From NCBI RefSeq assembly GCF_009914755.1, contig NC_060934.1: 64,000 nt of DNA. One strand, written 5' to 3'. A program made the translations under genes and the position numbers. Under the pieces are notes generated by a model. It was not told where the DNA came from. It saw only the letters and a program-made list of their open reading frames with translations, and ran no database searches. This document shows positions 27,538-42,816 of the stretch, piece by piece. This stretch comes from the human T2T-CHM13v2.0 reference genome, Homo sapiens. Position 1 is the first letter of the stretch; every line of letters starts with the position of its first letter.

Positions 27538-28467
27538 CTTTTTTTTTTTTTATGGCCACTCCTCTTATCTAATAAATATTGTTCCTCCACAGCCATGCAA
27601 AATAGACAACAGCTTCCAGCAAATTCTCAGTCTGGGCTACAAAATCTAATGTACATTCTGGATGTGGGAATAAGTGTATTTTCGACTACTTAAATTTGTT
27701 GTAGTAGGAAATTTTCGTCACCTAGGTAGACTTAACCTTTACTGGCATATAAATTTTTTAAATACTGGAAATTAAATTTTAGATCTAGTTTGTAAAGTAT
27801 GATTATCAGAGTTTAGATCATTTAAAAATACAATGTGATACAATAGTATAGATGAATTATATATAGAAACATATATAATAAATATATTTTGCATATATAT
27901 ATTTCCCTTAATTTTCAGTTTCTTCCACTGACTACCAGAAAGAACAATTTTAAAAACTAAGTGCATTGTCATCATCTTTGAAGTAGATCTATATTTTTCT
28001 TACAACTATTTATATAATTATATTGTTAGATATCAATATGAAAAAATAATTACATTTTTAGGATATAATGTTTTATAAAATGTTATATATCTATTTTCAT
28101 GTATTAAATCCACTGCGATGAAAAGTTTGTTAGTTGCTTTTCTATTCTTTTAATTTTATTTTCAACTTCCTTATATTTTTGAGTATGTTTTAGGACTATG
28201 ATGCTCATCTTTATTGTACATTGCTTTTTAAAAACTATACATCATTTAAAAGCATACTTAAACTCATATATTTTTCTGTTTTTTATGTTAATAGCTTGTA
28301 TAATTAACCTTTGTTTTCAGTATGTTTTTTCCCTTTACTCTGAATTTGAGGTTTTCTCTTTTCAAGTTCTTGGATATGAACTTTATATTTTCTCTGTTTC
28401 TACTCTGAGTATCTTAGCTGTTGACTTTACATTTTAGTTTTATTGACTTCTTTCAGAGAGCCCATTA

Positions 28468-28788
28468 GAGAGGTCTCCTGTTATCCACAAGGGATATATT
28501 CTAAGACTCTCAGTAGATGCCTGAAATTATGGATAGTACTGAGCCCTATATATACTCTGTTTTTTTAATACATACTTATGATAAAATTTAATTTATAAAT
28601 TAGGCAGAGTGATGGAATAACAGCAATAACTAATACTAAAATAGAACAATTATAAAAAGACTATAACAAATGTTATATAAATGACCCCTCTCTCTTTCTC
28701 AAAATATCTTGTATACTGTACTGTACTCTCCTATTTGGCGACTGTAATTGACTGCAGATAAGTGAAAGCAAGGATAAGGGAGAAATTA
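28468..28788 (+). mobile_element. MER44A (TcMar-Tigger non-autonomous); last 3 nt displaced to 31533-31535
   Basis: Preceded by TA; ttatccacaagggatatattctaagactctcagtagatgcctgaaattatggatagtactgagccctatatatac...ggataaggg matches recalled MER44A. Confidence 0.8.
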
Positions 28789-31530
28789 CAGTTGACACTT
28801 GAGCAATGCAGGGGTTAAGGCACTGATCCCTGCAGAGTTGAAAATCTATGTATAACTTTTGGCTCCCCCAAAATATAACTATTAATAGCTTATTACTGAC
28901 CAGAGGCCTTATGTGTAACATAAACATTTGAATAACACATATTTTTGTGTTATATATGTTATATAATGTCTTATTTTAAAAACTAGAGAAAAAAATGTTA
29001 AGAAAATAAGAAAGAAGAAATGTATTTACTATTAATTAAGTGAAACTAGATCATTATAAAGGTCTTCATCTATCTTATCTTCATGTTGAGTCTGCTGAGG
29101 AGGAGGAAGAGGAGGTGTTGTTCTTGCTGTCTCAGGTGTGGCAGAGGCAGAAGAGGTGGAGGATGTGGAAGAGGGGCAGGCGAGGCAGCCACACTCAGTG
29201 TAACTTCATAGAAATATATGGTAATTTCTCTCTGATTTTTCTTTTTTTTTTTTTTTGCTTTTCCATTTCTCTAAAAATGTTTCTGTATCATATGAATCCT
29301 CCTTCTACCATTTGTTTCAGCGCCAGTGATATCATGGTAACATCCATGTCATAAAAGGAGTCAAAAGCAGTGTTGAATAATTGGAACACTTCTGCCATTG
29401 TCTAATATCAATTTATTTTCTAGCATTATTTCTTCTATGTTTTCTTCCTCCTCATCTGGTGCTGGTTCAGAAGCACTCATCTGCATCAAGTGGTCTTCTG
29501 TTAGTTCCTCTGTTGGGGTATCTGTTAGCTCTTGAATTTCTCCAAGATCCATATTTTGAAACCCTTTGCCTCAATGCCTCACCCATGATGTTTTTTGTTA
29601 TATCCACAATCTCTTTCATGATTTTCTTGATTGGTTTTGTTGTAAATCCTGTGAAGTCATGTATAACATCTGGACAGTTTTCTCCAGCAGAAATTTGTAT
29701 TGGGCCTCATGGCTTTTGCAGCTATTTCTATAGCAATGATGGCATCTTCAATGGTGTAATCCTTCCTGATTTTCATGATATTCTCTTTAATGGGATAGTC
29801 TTCCATAGTGCTGTCAGTTCTTTCCATATAGTGCCATGTGTAATGAAATTTACAGGTCCTTATGACTCCCTAATCTAGAGGCTGAATTAGAGATATTGTG
29901 TTTAGGGACAAGTAGACCACTTGAATGTCTTTTGGGTTTTAACTCATGGGGTTCTGGGTGGCCAGGGGTATTGTCCAATATCAAAAGAACTTTAAAAGAC
30001 AGTTGCTTACTGACAAGGTACTTTCCTGACTTCAAGGACAAAGAATCAATGGGACCAATCAGGTTCCTGTTATTTAGGTTTTCTTGTTTTACAAGCAAAA
30101 GACTAGCAGCTAGTATTGATCTTTAGTCTTAAAAACTTGAGGTTAGCAGGTTTATAGATAAGGGCAGTCTTGATTTAAATACCCACACATATACATACAT
30201 ACACACACACACACAAAATAAACAAAACAATTTCGTTTGCATAAAACAGTAGAATTAGCCTATAACTTTCTGCCCGAAATTCTGATGTTCACTTTTCTTC
30301 TCTAGTAATAAATATCCTTTGTAGCATTTTTTTTTTCAGAATAGGGCACTTTCTTATGCATTAAAAACCCATTCATACAAATATCTTTTTTTCTCAGTGA
30401 TTTTCTTAATGATGTCTGGGAACTTGTCTGCTGCGTCTTGATCGGCAGAAGCTGCTCCTCCTGTTATCTTGACATTTCTTTAAGCCAAACACCTTTCTAA
30501 AATTATGAAAGCACACTTTGCCAGCATTACTTTCTCAAGCTTTAGATTTTTCACCTTCCTTTTGCTTTAAGTTGTCACATAATGAGTTTGCTTTTTTAAA
30601 AATCAAATTTGAGTCCATGGGTATGCTTTTCTTACAGCAATCCTGCATCCACATAAAAGATGCATTTTCATTACAAGAAAAAAGAAGGTTATTTCACAAA
30701 AAGTACAAGGTTCTGTGTCTTTTGGTGTAGCTGCAGTGATGACTTCTTTACTTTTTAAAAATGGTCCTAAAATGCTGGATTCATTTATCTTGAAATTGTG
30801 GGCAATTGAAGTAGGTACTACTGTACCTCAATTTACAGTACTATCAAGCTATTCAATTTTTTCTTATAATTTCATGACTTCTTTTTTGTTTCAAGGAAAA
30901 AATCCGGCATCACTAGTAGCACTTTGTATGGGTCCCATGGTGTTATTTAAGGTTTATGATACTGCACTAAACATGATGAACAATATGCAAGAACTTCAGG
31001 AGATCACATTTTACTGTGATATCCAGTTTACTGGAGAGATGAACTGCTCATGCAGAGATGATTAGCCTCATGGGGTGTTTTAAGCAGATACGCACAGCAC
31101 TTGAGCTCATCCCAATAGCAACAGGAGGTGGCCACAAAATTATTACAGTACTATAGTATGTACTGCAGTTAATTTTGTGCAGTTATGACTTAATGCTGCA
31201 TTTTTATGTTTGTTTACATTTCTCTCTGCTGAGAATGGTGTCAGGTATGGTCTGTAAGTGTTTGCATAAGTTTTGATAAATTGTAACTTTTTATAATAGA
31301 TTTGTGCTTAATTTGTAGTAGCAAATGATAAAATAGTATCTACGTACATTTTATGCATTCATGACATGCCAATTTTTTTCTTATTTTTTAAAATATTTCT
31401 CATATATGTGATTCATCTTTTTACAAATTGTTGTAAATCTCCAAAAAGTTTTCTAAATACATTTATTGGAAAAAAATCACATATTATTGGGCCTGCATAT
31501 TTCAAATCCATGTTATTCAAAGATCAACTA
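28789..31530 (-). mobile_element. Full-length (~2.74 kb) Tigger2 DNA transposon
   Basis: Inverted termini CAGTTGACACTTGAGCAA / TTATTCAAAGATCAACTA, TA duplications at 28787-28788 and 31531-31532, internal transposase remnants. Confidence 0.92.
29030..30938 (-). pseudogene. Disrupted Tigger2 (pogo-like DDE) transposase
   Basis: Minus-strand ATG at 30938 (MGPIQSATSDAG...); ORF fragment 29850-30098 has FKVLLILDNTPGHP (DDE-type motif), 29361-29552 has MDLGEIQELTDTPTEELTED; many stops and frameshifts plus a CA-rich insertion near 30180-30215. Confidence 0.8.
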
Positions 31531-32249
31531 TACTGTATTTCTAGGGTTTTAAAAATCACAAACCATGCATTTATTTACTATGGCAAATACTAATACAACT
31601 TAAGATGCTTTGTATCATGAGTAAATGCCCACATTTGCTTTTGTCACAGGAACTTTTTTAAGCCCGATATTTTACGTTTATTTAATATTACAGGAGGAGG
31701 ATCCTATTCATCCTGTGGTTTTCCATATGCAGGGTAGATGAATTCTCCTCTATTCATCTGGCTGTTTTGGAAAACTTAAGTCATAAGCAGCAGGTATGTT
31801 TATTGTTTAAAGCTCATAACAAAATGTCCATTGCTTTATTTACTAAGGCTCTCCTAAACAGAAGAGTGCTCTTCTGTTGTGTGTTTACCTGCATGTGTAA
31901 CAATACATTTAATATTGGATAATGTATGGTAGTTAGACATTTTCTTCTTGAAAAAAAATCAATCCATAAAAAAGTGATTTTTTCTTAAATGGATATTCTG
32001 AGATGCACATAAAAAGAGGAAATCCTATGAGCCTTCAATGACTACATGGAATGAGTAATCCAAATCATTTTATCCTGACTAGCTCTCTTTTAGGTGCAGG
32101 ATTCCATTTTCAATGACAATACTCCTGGAAGCTAGGATATTATTCATCTGTATTATAAGTTTTTTTTTTTTTGGTTGTTACAACTTTTCTGTTTTAATCA
32201 GTGTGTTGACTATTTCAATAGAAACAAGGCACAATAAAGTTTGTAAATC

Positions 32250-32410
32250 CAGTGACATGCTACAGCTGGTTTACAAGATAGGATTGAAATATTTTCAGGA
32301 ATTTATCAGGCTGGTTAAACTCTTTGTAACTTGAAATTAGCCATGGTTGGAGTATACACATGGATATTGGAAAATACTATAAATCAGAACTATTCCTGGT
32401 TAATATGACT
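32250..32410 (+). mobile_element. MER63A-like hAT-Blackjack remnant
   Basis: attttcaggaattt...gtaacttgaaattagccatggttggagtat...ctataaatcag. Confidence 0.55.
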
Positions 32411-32544
32411 ACATATGAAGACCAAAGCACAGTAAGGGTTTCTGTTGTTAGACAAAATCAAACAAAAGGGAAATGTTTTTGACATAAACTATAGAATAAG
32501 AAGATATGAAACAAACATAAATATACATTGCATATAATAACAAT

Positions 32545-32833
<289 letters not shown>

Positions 32834-33476
32834 AAATCTTCTCAACTATAATAAAATGGTCCAAAATGGAAATACTAATTCTCCCAACAAAAAAAGGGGA
32901 ACATCCTAGATTCTTATCCTATTATTAAATCTATTTCCAATCCAGGATTTATTTGTGAATTCCCTAGGTCAGCTATGGATATAGCTCACCATGGTTAACT
33001 CCTCAACTTAACTCCTCCCAAGAAATCCCATAATACAATGATGGAGAGGAAACAGAAAATTCTAGTACCTTTGGTGAAGGGCAGAAGAATAAAGCAAATG
33101 GAGTAATCTTTAGTCCATAATTTATGAAAGACTAATTTCTTTTCAACATAGAAAGCAAGATCTTTGCCTTTGCAATGGATTTTAAGTCAGTTTGATTGAT
33201 TTAGGTTTGCTCTCTTGTTAGATATATTTAAAGTCCACCTCTTGAAATATATGAGTGCATCCAGAAGAATTCTCTTTCAGAGGCTGCAGCCCATTAGCAG
33301 TATACTTTCTATTGGTATACACTTAAAGGTCTGGAGATTACCTTAGTTGTTAATTAAACCCAGACCTAATTACCAGTGTTGTTTCCTCCAATGACATACA
33401 TTTCAAGCTGCAGTCTGCTGCTGGTTGATTACATGGCATCAATGGCCATAAGTTGGATGAGATATGGAAATGTTAA

Positions 33477-33925
<449 letters not shown>

Positions 33926-34020
33926 TTACAGTTACTGTTTTCATAATGATGTAAAAGAATCAATTTGCTTTCTGTTTACACTCTTGCTATTCAACTTATT
34001 TAGTAAACTAAATATACTTC

Positions 34021-34387
34021 TGTTATAGACTGACTATACTTCCCTGCCAGATTCACATATTGAGGCCCTAATGTGATGGTGCGTTTGGAGATGAGACATT
34101 TGGAAGGCAATTGGGTTTGAATAATGTCATGAGGATGAAGCTCCCATGATAGAATTGGTGCCCATATAAAGGGATGAAAAGCCCAGTGTTCAATCCAAAC
34201 ACCAGGTGAGGACAAAGTGAGAAAACAGCCATTTCTGAACAAGGAATCAGGCCTTCATCAGACACCAAAATTGCTGATACTCTGATCTTATGCTTCTCAA
34301 CATCCAGAACTGTGAGAAATCAATGTTTGTTGGTTAGGCTGCCCAGTCTATGGTAGTTTGTTATAGCTACCTGGAAGGACTAAGAGA
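34021..34387 (+). mobile_element. MLT1A-like MaLR solo LTR
   Basis: tgttatagactga...ccagaactgtgagaaat...gactaagaga with perfect 5-bp TSD acttc (34016-34020 / 34388-34392). Confidence 0.88.
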
Positions 34388-34419
34388 ACTTCTGAATAAA
34401 TTATCCAAGATACAGAAAG

Positions 34420-34760
34420 GCCCTAAGTATGCATGTGCTCATTATAGCATTATTTATATTCAAATAATAGTATTTAAATAGAGTTACGGGTTATGGATTT
34501 ATTACATTTTCTAAGCATTTTCATAATGTTTGTGTAGGAAGTAGAAAATAGACTGTAAAATATGCAACAAAAAGCAGAACACAAATGACTAAATATGCAA
34601 AGTTGCAGCTATGTAAAATATGTGTATTGATAGGAACACAGACTAGAAGGACATTAGCTATACTGTGAATAGTATTATGGTGTGTGATTAGGTATGATTT
34701 TTATTTGTTCTAAAATATACTTTTCTGTTATAATTTATTTTATGATATCAAAATATAAAC
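34420..34760 (+). mobile_element. Possible L1ME-type 3' remnant
   Basis: Weak resemblance (gtgctcattatagcattatttata, gactagaaggac, tatgatttttattt). Confidence 0.35.
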
Positions 34761-36299
34761 TGTAACTAATTTCTAATATGTTTCAAATTAATATACCAGT
34801 AAACGTAAAGCATTCCTAATTGGCTAGGTTTCCAAATAAAAAAAAAAACAATAAATTTTAGGTAGGGAGAAATCATGGCTAGTCTATAGTTTCAGGCCTG
34901 AAATAGTACTTCCTTCATAATTGCTTGAAAAGAACTTAGTCACGCAGTCACACATACAATCAAGTACTGCCTGGAAATGTTGTGACATGCCCAAGTATAA
35001 TTACATTATTATGAAAGAAAAGAGAACAGATTTTAGAGGATAGACAGCAGTCACTACCAAAATGATGATCCCCACGTTCAAGTACTTCATGGAAACAACA
35101 GAATCTTGTGCCTTAAGAGACTAAGATGGGTAGGGCAACAGTGTATACTTATCAGTAACCAGTAAGCAAAGACTAATGATTAGTGACTGGGCACCTGTTG
35201 CTTTGGTGCTACCTAATACTCCAGAACACTCACCCAACTTTATGCCCAGTGAGTGAGAATGAATTTTCCATGAGCTCAGAATCATAAGCTTCATTCAGAT
35301 TTATGCTAATTAAAATATTCACTGAATATTTGTATTTAGGAACTAAGATTCATAACCACTTCGTGGAGTTTATCGAAGAATGTGTAGTTTGCCAAAGTAG
35401 TTTAAACTTCGCAAATTTCTTAAATTTTTAAGCATTTGCTTCTTAATCCCTTGCATTTCTAATTTCTCAATAGGGTACAACTTTATCCAATAAAACTTAT
35501 TACCCTAAATTAATTCTAAAATCTAATTCTAAATTAACATGAAGCATCATAAGTATGATTAGAAAGATTCCACATTAGTTTGCAACTCCATTGCTTAAAT
35601 GTCTAGAGAAGTTTTCAGCCATGAGATTACAGAGAAAAGGGAAATCAGTATTAAATGTTTTGCTGAAACAAATGAAAAATTGCTCATTTTACCTCCATTC
35701 TACTATAAAAATAATTCCACTCTATCCAAAACAGTGAGGGGTTATAAGGTCGGTGAAAAATCTCAAAATTATTTTCATTGTCTAATAAATCCAAGCCTGC
35801 CTTTTCCTTCTGCTTCCTATGTTAATTTTATTGTACAAGTATGTTGAAGTTACTCCTATTTTTGATTCATTCAGTAATAAAGAAATTTAGGGGAAATAAT
35901 TGTTTCCAAATATACATATATGGAATAAAGAAGGCAGAAAGCAACAGATTGAGCTTTATTCTCGAAATTTATTATGACTTTTTCCAAATTAACAAAATTA
36001 CATAATGTAAAGAATGTGGAAATTTCCCCAAAATCAAATAAGCAGAAGAAAAATAAGCACTTGCAAGTCAACTTATTAAGAGATAAACAGTATAAACATT
36101 TAACATAATTCTTTCACATATTGAAATCTATGCATAAAGGTATATATATATTATTTGTTGTATTAATTGTAGTTACTATTGATTTTTAATATTATAGCAT
36201 AAAGTTTATTAATATTCTAAATAACATTTTAAATGCCTGTATAATATTATAAGACATTTCTAAAAATTACTTAATTTCTTAAAGAGCCAATAAGATGTA

Positions 36300-36490
36300 G
36301 GGAATAAGGGCTGTATATGTTTTGTGTCCTTGCTCTGCCCTCTTCCATGTTATATCAGGTAAGTTCATTATACTTTCTAAGGATACAGAAATCACAACAG
36401 GGGTTTGTGAAGTTTTAATAAGATATTCAATGTATATTGGAACAGTGTCTGGTACATCAGGAGTATTTAATAAATAATAGATGTTTTCAT
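36300..36490 (+). mobile_element. MIR remnant
   Basis: 3' part gaacagtgtctggtacatcaggagtatttaataaataatag. Confidence 0.45.
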
Positions 36491-37677
36491 TAAGAACCTA
36501 TAGTTACAGAATAGCTGATTAGCCTTAGTGAGAATGTAGTCGTTTAAAAAGCCGCATTGTATTAGTGCATGTTTACCAGAATTAAGTCTCACTTAACCTG
36601 ATTCTAAGGTCTTCAAACTTTGCTTGCAACCAGTTCTAATTCCATAACAATCAGATTTACATGGATTCAAACTTTCAGTTGTTAGGTTAGTCTTCTGAGA
36701 GTTCTAGAGTAATTGTATCTACTAATAAACCCTCATTTAAATACGATTAAAATAAAACCACCAAAATAACAATGAAAAAAAAAAACCAACAAGAGGGTTC
36801 CTGTTCCTTAAAAGCAAAGACAGCCTAACTAAAATATAATTCTGACCTAAAAAGAGTTTAACAAGGATCTGATGGCATTCATTTGGAGAAAATGTACTCC
36901 CTTATTGCCCCATGAACCAAGAACAAAAGAATTAGAAAAGGGATAAACTGTATGAAAAAACAAACAAAATATTGTTAGAAATTCAGTTTCTGTAATTATG
37001 ACAATGTTGTTGCAGGCATTGACTTATTTTATATTTATTTACTTCTTATTTTTTAACTAGTATATCAGTTTATATCCTCTATCTCACAAAACAGAGTTTC
37101 CTTTTCTTATAGCAATTAGACTGTAAATATAAATGAGTTTAAAACTTTGTTTTGCCTAAATTTAGTAACAAAGTCAATGTCAAACATAGTCTATTTCTGA
37201 AATGACTATGAAATAAAAACCTCTTCTTTATAAGGAGCAACATTTGAAATTCACATGAAGCAGTAGAATAAGAAAACAGCTCTGTAGGTTGGTAATATTT
37301 TTCTTCATTAATATGTGTCTGAAGACTTTTCACAGAAAAGTGGTATAGATTAATTAATCATTTATTAAGGCAATCTATAAATCCTCTTAAAACAAAAACA
37401 ATTAGATAATTTACATCTAGTCTAATGGGAAAGTGTACATTGACCATACAACTTTTTAAAATGAAGATAGATTTCTTTTAATTAGCACAAATGAACAAAA
37501 TAAATTTGTCTTCTGAATTTACAGCCTGAGTGAATAAGGCAAGCTTATTTTAAGAAGAAATTCAGGCTAATAATTAATTGGTACTTCAATTGAAAAGTTC
37601 ATTTAATTTAATCCTTTACTATTTTATGCTTAACTCAATTGGGAGTCCAGAGATATTATTTAAAAAAAAAAAATTTA

Positions 37678-38000
<323 letters not shown>

Positions 38001-38265
38001 TAAAAAAGTTCTTTTTCAAATTGCTGTTTCACTGTTATCTGTGTTTCACATTATGATTACGTGCTGCATTCAATAAGGTATGCAAATAATAATACATAAT
38101 AGTATATTGATAATGATAGTAAATACACAGTAACACATTTATTTTTTAGTAATAAACTTTTTAGGAACTTTTTTAGATTTACAGAATAATGCAATGAGAG
38201 TACTGAGATTTACTGTGTTATTACACATCCTGGTTTTCCTACTATTGATATATTTCATTGGTATA

Positions 38266-39324
38266 TGAAATGAACTGAATGTCTGTGTCCATGCAAAATT
38301 CACATGTTGAAATTCTAAGGCAAATGTGGTGTTAGGAGGGTGGGGCTTTTGAGAGGTAAATTGATCATAAGGGTGGAGCCCTCATAAATTGCATTAGTAC
38401 CTTTATTAAAAAGAAAAACAAAAACCAGAGAGTTTTCTTGCCCTCTGTCCACCATGTGAAGATTCGATGAGAAGATAAAGGCAGTCTGCTTAGTACCCAT
38501 AAGAGGGCCCTCACTGAGACAGGAGAATTGGGAAAGCGAAGCAGGAAAATAGGAAAAATGAGGCAGGAAGAAAGCAAAAGGAATTAAAAGTTGAATACAG
38601 GGCAGAATGAGTAAAAGGAGAGAGAGAAACAAGGTAAAGGTGTAGGTGAGCAAGAAGCAAGATAAGAGGCAGAAGTTAAGCAGTCAAAACACAGAGAAGT
38701 GAGTAAGGACCCCATGGCTGGTGGGATCCAGACCAAACCAGTAAGGCGCAGTTCTTCAGGAACAGGCATGTGCATTAAAGAGAAAAAGTAGCCTTAACAT
38801 GATCCCATATGACGATCAGCATGTTAAAGCTCATGCATATGGAATGCATATCAGGCACCTACTTAAAATTATGGGATAGAGGCAACAAGCAAGTGCACAG
38901 GGACCAAATTAACTAAGCAACACACTTATCAATCAAAAGGTAGATAGTAGCTAGAAATTAGCCAGCCTTGGGAAGAGAAGGAAAACAACACATAAAAAGA
39001 CCCAAAATATACCAAACTCATGCTGATCTCATGTCTCATCTCACAGAGGTCAGTCCACTCTTCCTCTTCAAGGGCGTAATACTGTGCTTAAAAAACTTTT
39101 GCTGCCTTGCTTTGTTATCTGTGTGTGTCTCATCCATTTCTTTGTTCGTGACACCAAGAACTTGGAACTGCATGGCATCATCCTGTAACATCACCAGAAC
39201 CCAACCATGCTGGCACCCTTATCTCAAATTTCCAGTCTCCAAAACTGTGAGAAATAAATATCTGTCATTTCCAAGCCACTCAATTTTTGGTATTTTGTTA
39301 CAGCAGCCTGAATTGACTAAGGTG
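38266..39324 (+). mobile_element. MLT1A0-like MaLR LTR, split by an ERV1 LTR
   Basis: 5' half 38266-38514 and 3' half 39191-39324 join at gggccctcac|cagaa; TSD gtata/gtatg. Confidence 0.85.
38515..39190 (+). mobile_element. ERV1-class solo LTR (MER41/MER4-group-like, subfamily unassigned)
   Basis: TG...CA termini, 4-bp TSD tcac (38511-38514 / 39191-39194), 3' end ttctttgttcgtgacaccaagaac...gtaaca. Confidence 0.85.
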
Positions 39325-39636
39325 GTATGGAACACTTGTTACAATTAAGGAATTATTATAGATAACTATTGTTAAAGTCCATAATTTATTCATATTTTCT
39401 TGGTGTTTTCCCTAATGTCCTTTCCCTGTTCCTAGATCTTATGCAAGACACTATACTTAGTTATCATATCTCCTTGGGCTCCTCTTGCTTGTGATGTATG
39501 TTAATTTTTAAGAGCTTAGGTTTTTACATGCAAGTTCCATGCTAAAAAAAAAAAAGGAAGAATTATATTCTCCTTTCTCATGCAAACTAATTAAAATACA
39601 TGGAAGAAGGTAGTCATCAAATTCCCAAACTGATAT

Positions 39637-40519
<883 letters not shown>

Positions 40520-40559
40520 ATATACCTATACTTCCAAAAAGTAAGGAAGAATGATTAAT

Positions 40560-41030
40560 ATGGTAAAAGCCACTAGCTTTCTTTCACTTGCCATCTCTCC
40601 TTCCATATAATAGATCATTCTGACTTTTAGCTAAGCACACAGCTATCTAACTACGGTCTGGATTTTCCAGCTCCCTTGTAGCTATGTAAGACAACTATGA
40701 CTAAGTTAGGCCAATGTGGTATGAAAGAAAGTAACGTGGAAGCAACTTTCAGTTTAGCTCCTTCAAATCCACACTGTGATGTCTTCTTTGTCCATGGATT
40801 AATGAACTCCCTGCACTCAATAAGGATAAAGACACAAACCTAGGAAATGAAAGAGCTACAAGATGGAAAGGGTCTGGATTTCACAACTTCATAGAACAGA
40901 TTTTCCCACCATGCTCTGTACTATCCATCTCCAAGCTATTTTAAAAGGAAGAAGTAAACTTCTATGTTATTTAAACCCTTGTAATTCTGGGTGTCTGTCA
41001 TTGCAATTTATTATGCACCATAACTGATAG
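40560..41030 (+). mobile_element. Old MaLR LTR (MLT1I/J-like)
   Basis: ttttccagctcccttgtagcta...atgactaagttaggccaatg...gtaaacttctatgttatttaaacc...taactgata. Confidence 0.6.
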
Positions 41031-42816
41031 ATCCCATAAAATAGATGGCTAGATATTCACATTTTAAATACACAAATTAAAAAGACTACATTTAAAAATA
41101 TTAATGAGCATATTGGCAATAATGAAATAGTTAATGTTAAGTTATATCAACAGCAGTCATTTTATAATGCTTGGTTGAAGAGCTTTGAAAAATAAATTAA
41201 TTTTTATGTAGAACCTCATATCTAAATTTCTGTAGGTGATAAATTCTATACTTGAACCATTTGTTTTCCTCCTGTTAATTATAAATGAATAAAACACAAA
41301 TTTATTATGAAATGAATTTCAAAACTGCCTTGCTTTTTTCAGTGAATTTGAAAGTGGCTGCGTCTAAACCATTATTTGCCTTAAAGTAAAAGACATTTTT
41401 AAAAAATCTTAATGCAAGAGACCTTAGAAGAAAAGGCCTTTGACACTGGTAGCATCTATGCAGCTTTCTGTAACAGCAGTCTTCTGTTACTTCATTAAAT
41501 GTTTAATTTTCACAATATGCTAGTGAAAGCATTCAGCGTTGGAACAACAAGAATAAAAATAGAAGGATATTTTTGTGCATACTATTTGGTGGACTGTATT
41601 GTGACTGTGTCTTAGAGCTGAAACCACTTGAACATTCCTTGTCATTTTGATCTTGGCACTGTCCCTGAGGCTACTTAATTGGTTGTATAACCAAGGTGTC
41701 AGCTAAGAGGTTCCTGCTCCTTGGAGAACTAGTTAAAATGGGCTGGAAAGTCCAATTTTTATAGTCTGTATAAAGCCTTCCTGACAACCTGCTTGTTTCT
41801 GGGGACTTTATAACATTGAGCTTAATCTGCTGCTACAGTTTCATCTTCCATCTGCCATGTCACTATAACAGGAATTTTAGCTCCTTTTCTAGATTTCAAA
41901 ATAAATCCAATTGCATTTTGTTAGTTTTATCACATTGTTAAAAGGGTTGTGAGAATTAAAAGAAATCTTGTATTGGACTGAATAGCCTAAACACAGTAGC
42001 TCCATCTTTCTTTTCACTTTGAGAATATATAGTAATTTAGCTATCACTAGCTCAAATATCCAATTTACATTCCCAAATGCATCAAGATTCTCAGAAAGAA
42101 CAATAGTCCTACAGGTATCTACACCCCTTAGAAAGTAGCTAGAGTCAGATATAATACCCCGACCTTTACCCTATTTAAATAAATTTGAGGACACTGTAAT
42201 CTTAAGGGATTTGTTGGTCAGGACCAGTGACTTTAATGCAAGAATGGACATTATGATAGGATAGGTAAGTGGAGTAGCTAAAAGATTGTTTATGAGCCAA
42301 TCTTAGAACCAGGTGAATAAGACGTGCAGGTAAATAACTAATGGCTTATATATTACTGTTTGATTTAACAAAAAATCTTTCAACCATTCTGAATTCAGTA
42401 ACTAAAATCTATTAAGATTATTTACAATAACCAGGCATGCTATTTTCTTTCTTTGTTTATTTGACTCAGCTATACATAAATGTCATTTTGAATATCAAAA
42501 TGTTTAAATATTAGTAATTTCATATAGTTCAATATAATAGGTAAGCAAAATTTTTCTCTTCTCCTCTCTCAATTTATTCTTATGCTTTTACTAACCTGTA
42601 GGTATGCCACGAAGATTCATTGCCCAAGATTCAGGGAAAAGTTGGAGATATATGCATCAAGTGAGGGTAAAATTCAAGATGATAAGGCACAAAAATTGGC
42701 TTAGGATAAAGAAATATGGTGCAGGCAATATAGATGCTTGCCGTGATTCTGCTACTTAGGAAATCTTATGTAATAAGTGCTCTGGCAAGCTTCCACAATA
42801 GAATCATGGAAAAGGG

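Larger units (their letters stand above)
38140..39495 (-). mobile_element. L1MC-type 3' end split by nested LTRs (pieces ~38140-38265 and ~39325-39495)
   Basis: tttagatttacagaa...ttttcctactattgata continues after the LTRs as ttgttacaatt...aaagtccata...cctaatgtcctttccctgttcctagatc. Confidence 0.65.

Noticed and set aside
29381-31065. Plus-strand ORFs of 165 and 116 aa, hydrophobic
   Set aside because: Antisense shadow of the Tigger2 transposase; the element itself has many stops and frameshifts, so it is not a domesticated TIGD-like gene.
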